Assembly (NCBI RefSeq): GCF_032444005.1
Contig: NC_091284.1
Location: 841,216,001 to 841,280,000 of the forward strand
Reading direction: 5' to 3'
Length of the DNA stretch: 64,000 nt
From: Ranitomeya imitator
Taxonomy: Eukaryota
Shown here: positions 59,654 through 64,000 of the stretch, piece by piece
How the letters are laid out: each line of letters begins with the position of its first letter
How positions within the stretch are numbered: the first letter of the stretch is position 1
Notes under the pieces: generated by a model
What the model saw: the letters and a program-made list of their open reading frames with translations, nothing else
The model's database searches: none
Told to the model about the DNA's origin: nothing
Position numbers and translations under genes: made by a program

Positions 59654-62191
59654 CTGTGTATGTGGGTAATGTACTATGGGGATATCATACTGTGTGTGGG
59701 GGGGTAATGTACTGTGGAAACATATTGCATGTGTGGGAATGTACTGTGGGGACGTGAATCTGTATGGGTCATGTCCCCTCAGTACATTCACCCAAACACA
59801 GTAAGATGTCCCCACATTACATTCCCCCACATAGTATTATGTCCCCACAGTACATTCCCCCACACACAGATGTCCACACAGTACATTCCCCACACATAGT
59901 ATGATGTCCCCACAGTACATTCCCCCACACAGAGTATGATGTCCCCACAGTACATTCCCCCCACACAGAGTATGATGTTCCCACAGTACATTCCCCCACA
60001 CACAGTATGATGTCCCCACAGTACATTCCCCCACACAGAGTATGATGTCACCACAGTACATTCCCCCACACACAGTATGATGTCCCCACAGTACATTCCC
60101 TCCACACACAGTATGATGTCCCCACATTACATTCCCCCACACACAGTATGATGTCCCCACATTACATTCCCCCCACACACAGTATGATGTCCCCACAGTA
60201 TATTCCCCCCACACACAGTATGATGTCCCCACAGTACATTCCCCCACACACAGTATGATGTCCCCACAGTACATTCCCCCACAAACAGTAAGATGTCCAC
60301 ACAGTACATTCCCCCCACACACAGTATGATGTCCCCACAGTATATTCCCCCCACACACAGTATGATGTCCCCACAGTACATTCCCCCCACACAGAGTATG
60401 ATGTCCCCACAGTACATTCCCCACACACAGTATGATGTCCCCACAGTACATTCCCCCACACAGAGTATGATGTCCCCACAGTACATTCCCCCCACACAGA
60501 GTATGATGTCCCCACAGTACATTCCCCCACAAACAGTAAGATGTCCACACAGTACATTCCCCCCACACACAGTATGATGTCTCCACAGTACATTCCCCCA
60601 CACAGAGTATGATGTCTCCACAGTACATTCCCCCCACACACAGTATGATGTCCCCACAGTACATTCCCCACACACAGTATGATATCCACACAGTACATTC
60701 CCCACACACAGAAAGTTGTCCACATAGTACATTCCCAACACACAGTAGGATGTCCCCACAGTATATTCTCCCCACACAGTATGATGTCCCCACAATACAT
60801 GCCCCCCCACACAGTATGATGTCCCCACAGTACATTCCCCCCCACACAGTATGATGTCCCCAAAGTACATTCCCCACACACAGATGTCCACACAGTACAT
60901 TCCCTACACACAGTATGATGCCCCCACAGTACATTCCCCCATACGCAGTATGATGTCCCCACAGTACATTCCCCACACACAGTATGATGTCCCCTCAGTA
61001 CATTCCCCCACACACAGTATGATGTCCCCTCAGTACATTCCCTCCACACACTCTATGATGTTCCCACAGTACATTCCCAACACACAGTATGATGTCTCCA
61101 CAGTACATTCCCAACACACAGTATGATGTCCCCACAGAACATTCCCTACACACAGATGTCCACACAGTACGTTCCCCACACACAGTATGATGTCCCCTCA
61201 GTACATTCCCCCCACACAGTATGATGTCCCCACAGTACATTCCCCCACACAGTATGATGTCTCCTCAGTACATTCCCCCCACATACAGTATTATGTCTCC
61301 ACAGTACATTCCCCCCACACACAGTATGATGTCCCCACAGTACATTCCTCCCCCCACAGTATGATGTCCCCACAGTACATTCCGCCACACACAGTATGAT
61401 GTCCCCAAAGTACATTCCCCCCACACAGTATGATGTCCCCACAATACAAGCCCCCCCACACAGTAGGATGTCCCCACAGTATATTCTCCCACACACAGTA
61501 TGATGTCCCCACAGTACATTCCCCCCACACAGTATGATGTCCCCACAATACATTCCCCCCACACAGTATGATGTCCCCACAATACATTCCCCCCACACAG
61601 TATGATGTCCCCACAATACATTCCCCCACACACAGTATGATGTCCCCACAGTACATTCCCCCCACACAGTATGATGTCCCCAAAGTACATTCCCCCCACA
61701 CAGTATGATGTCCCCACAATACATTCCCCCCACACAGTATGATGTCCCCACAATACATTCCCCCACACACAGTATGATGTCCCCACAGTACATTCCCCCC
61801 ACACAGTATGATGTCCCCACAGTACATTCCCCCCACACAGTATGATGTCCCCAAAGTACATTCCCCACACACAGATGTCCACACAGTACATTCCCCACAC
61901 ACAGTATGATGCCCCCACAGTACATTCCCCCATATGCAGTATGATGTCCCCACAGTACATTCCCCACACACAGTATGATATCCCCTCAGTACATTCCCCC
62001 ACACACAGTATGATGTCCCCTCAGTACATTCCCTCCACACACTGTATGATGTTCCCACAGTACATTCCCCCACACAGTATGATGTCCCCACAGTACATTC
62101 CCCTACACACAGTAAGATGTCCACACAGTACATTCCCAACACACAGTATGATGTTTCCAAGTACATTCCCAACACACAGTATGATGTCCCC
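59654..62191. repeat. About 32-bp satellite (CACAGTATGATGTCCCCACAGTACATTCCCCC); first three or so units inverted
   Basis: Tandem units of 30-34 bp. 59654-59752 is in the opposite orientation. Confidence 0.95.
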
Positions 62192-64000
62192 TGTTGTGAA
62201 TTCTGTTATCGAACTCCCTCCTGTGGTCATGAATGGTACTTCGGCGAGTTCTGTCCATGGACTCCCTCTGGTGGCTGTGAGTGGAGCTGCTGCTCCTGAG
62301 GTTCCTTCCACAGGTGACTTAGTTTATTCTTTGGCTGGCTGCTCTATTTAACTCCACTCAGATCGTTACTCCATGCCAGCTGTCAATGTTCTTGTACTGG
62401 TTCAGTTCGCTCTTGGATCTTTCTGGTGACCTGTCTACTCCAGCAGAAGCTAAGTCCCTGCTAGTTAATTATTTGTTCATTGTTTTCTTGTCCAGCTTGC
62501 TATAATGATTTTGCCTTGCTAGCTGGAAGCTCTGGGATGCAGAGTGGCACCTCCGCACCGTGAGTCGGTGCGGAGGTCTTTTTGCACACTCTGCGTGGTC
62601 TTTTTGTAGTTTTTTGTGCTGACCGCAAAGATACCTTTCCTATCCTCAGTCTGTTTAGTAAGTCTGTCCTCCTTTGCTGAAACCTGTTTCATTTCTGTGT
62701 TTGTGACTTTCATCTTAACTCACAGTCAATATATGTGGGGGGTTGCCTTTTTCTTTGGGGAATTTCTCTGAGGCAAGGTAGGCTTTATTTTCTATCTCTA
62801 GGACTAGTTAGCTCTTAGGCTGTGAAGAGGTGTCTAGGCAGAGTTAGGTACGCTCCACGGCTATTTCTAGTGTGTGTGATAGGATTAGGGGTTGCGGTCA
62901 GCAGAGCTCCCACTTCCCAGAGCTTGTCCTTTGTTAGTTTAACCATCAGGTCATTTCGGGTGCTCCTAACCACCAGGTCCATAACAGTACAGCTGGCCCA
63001 AAGTGTTAATGCATCTCAATAGAGGGATAAGAGAAGTTCTGAGACCATTTTTTTTTCTCTGCAGTGTGTTTTGTCTTTCTTTTCCCCTAAACCTCTGGGT
63101 GGTTCAGGACACAGGTGTAGCTATGGACATTCAAGGTCTGTCCTCTTGTGTGGATCATCTCTCACTGCAAGGGTACAAAACATTCAAGATTTTGTGGTTC
63201 AGAATCCGATGTTAGAGCCTAGAATTCCAATTCCTGATTTGTTTTCTGGGGATAGATCTAAGTTCCTGAATTTCAAAAATAATTGTAAACTGTTTCTTGC
63301 TTTGAAACCCCGTTCCTCTGGTGACCCCGTTCAACAAGTAAAAATCATTATTTCTTTGTTGCGTGGCGACCCTCAAGACTGGGCATTTTCCCTTGCGCCA
63401 GGAGATCCTGCATTGCGTGATGTAGATGCATTTTTTCTGGCGCTTGGATTGCTTTATGATGAACCAAATTCAGTGGATCAGGCAGATAAAATCTTGCTGG
63501 CTTTGTGTCAGGGTCAGGATGAAGCGGAGGTATATTGTCAGAAGTTTAGAAAATGGTCTGTGCTTACTCAGTGGAATGAGTATGCCCTGGCGGCAATTTT
63601 CAGAAAGGGTCTTTCTGAAGCCCTTAAGGATGTCATGGTGGGATTTCCCACGCCTGCTGGTCTGAATGAGTCTATGTCCTTGGCCATTCAGATCGATTGG
63701 CGCTTGCGTGAGCGCAAAGCTGTGCACCATTTGGCGGTATTCTCTGAGCATAGGCCTGAGCCTATGCAATGTGATAGGACTTTGACCAGAGCTGAACGGC
63801 AAGAACACAGACGTCGGAATGGGCTGTGTTTCTACTGTGGTGATTCCACTCATGCTATCTCCGATTGTCCTAAGCGCACTAAGCGGTTCGCTAGGTCTGC
63901 CACTATTGGTATGGTACAGTCTAAATTTCTTTTGTCCATTACTCTGATTTGCTCTTTGTCATCCTATTCTGTTATGGCATTTGTGGATTCAGGCGCTGCC
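62192..64000 (+). mobile_element. Chromovirus 'F' (same family as D): 5' LTR 62192-62986 and a frameshifted gag from ATG 63123; runs off the window
   Basis: The LTR is the reverse complement of the D LTRs. Gag sequence matches D/E (EPRIPIPDLF...CFYCGDSTHAISDC...FVDSGA). Confidence 0.95.

Noticed and set aside
59788-62175. Long Cys/Gly-rich ORFs resembling keratin-associated proteins
   Set aside because: Translations of the 32-bp satellite, open in several frames at once.

Overview
Vertebrate genomic DNA, most likely a frog (inferred from the repeat families). About 90% is transposons and tandem repeats, with eight N gaps between 7.6 and 15.9 kb. There are no prokaryotic features, rRNA, tRNA or CRISPR arrays. 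Host sequence is limited to three pieces: a CpG-rich promoter at about 16.8-17.2 kb (two opposed ACTACA/ZNF143-type motifs and a CTCF motif), a probable 15-codon first coding exon on the minus strand (16870-16914), and a probable coding exon with a perfect Kozak on the plus strand (58631-58749). Two Russian-doll stacks fill the middle. Stack 1 (24030-42378) is a solo LTR holding a Tc1 and a full Gmr1-like Gypsy element (SCAN-gag, PR-IN-RT-RH order), which itself holds a CR1, a Harbinger MITE, a young chromovirus and a Penelope-like fragment. Stack 2 (43352-57030) is a minus-strand chromovirus whose 3' LTR holds a hAT MITE, which holds an intact chromovirus (1363-aa ORF), which holds a Harbinger MITE. 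An intact Tc1 (340-aa DD34E transposase), Helitrons and several satellites are also present. The most striking signal is in the four chromoviral copies (three families). None has a tRNA primer site. Instead, the 9-11 nt starting exactly 30 nt after the TATA(-like) box in the LTR are complementary to the sequence just after the 5' LTR, with 4 of 4 compensatory changes between sister families. This is in-window covariation evidence for Tf1-type self-primed reverse transcription. Two of the families also carry a hairpin-loop splice donor and a downstream acceptor that would excise that priming site.
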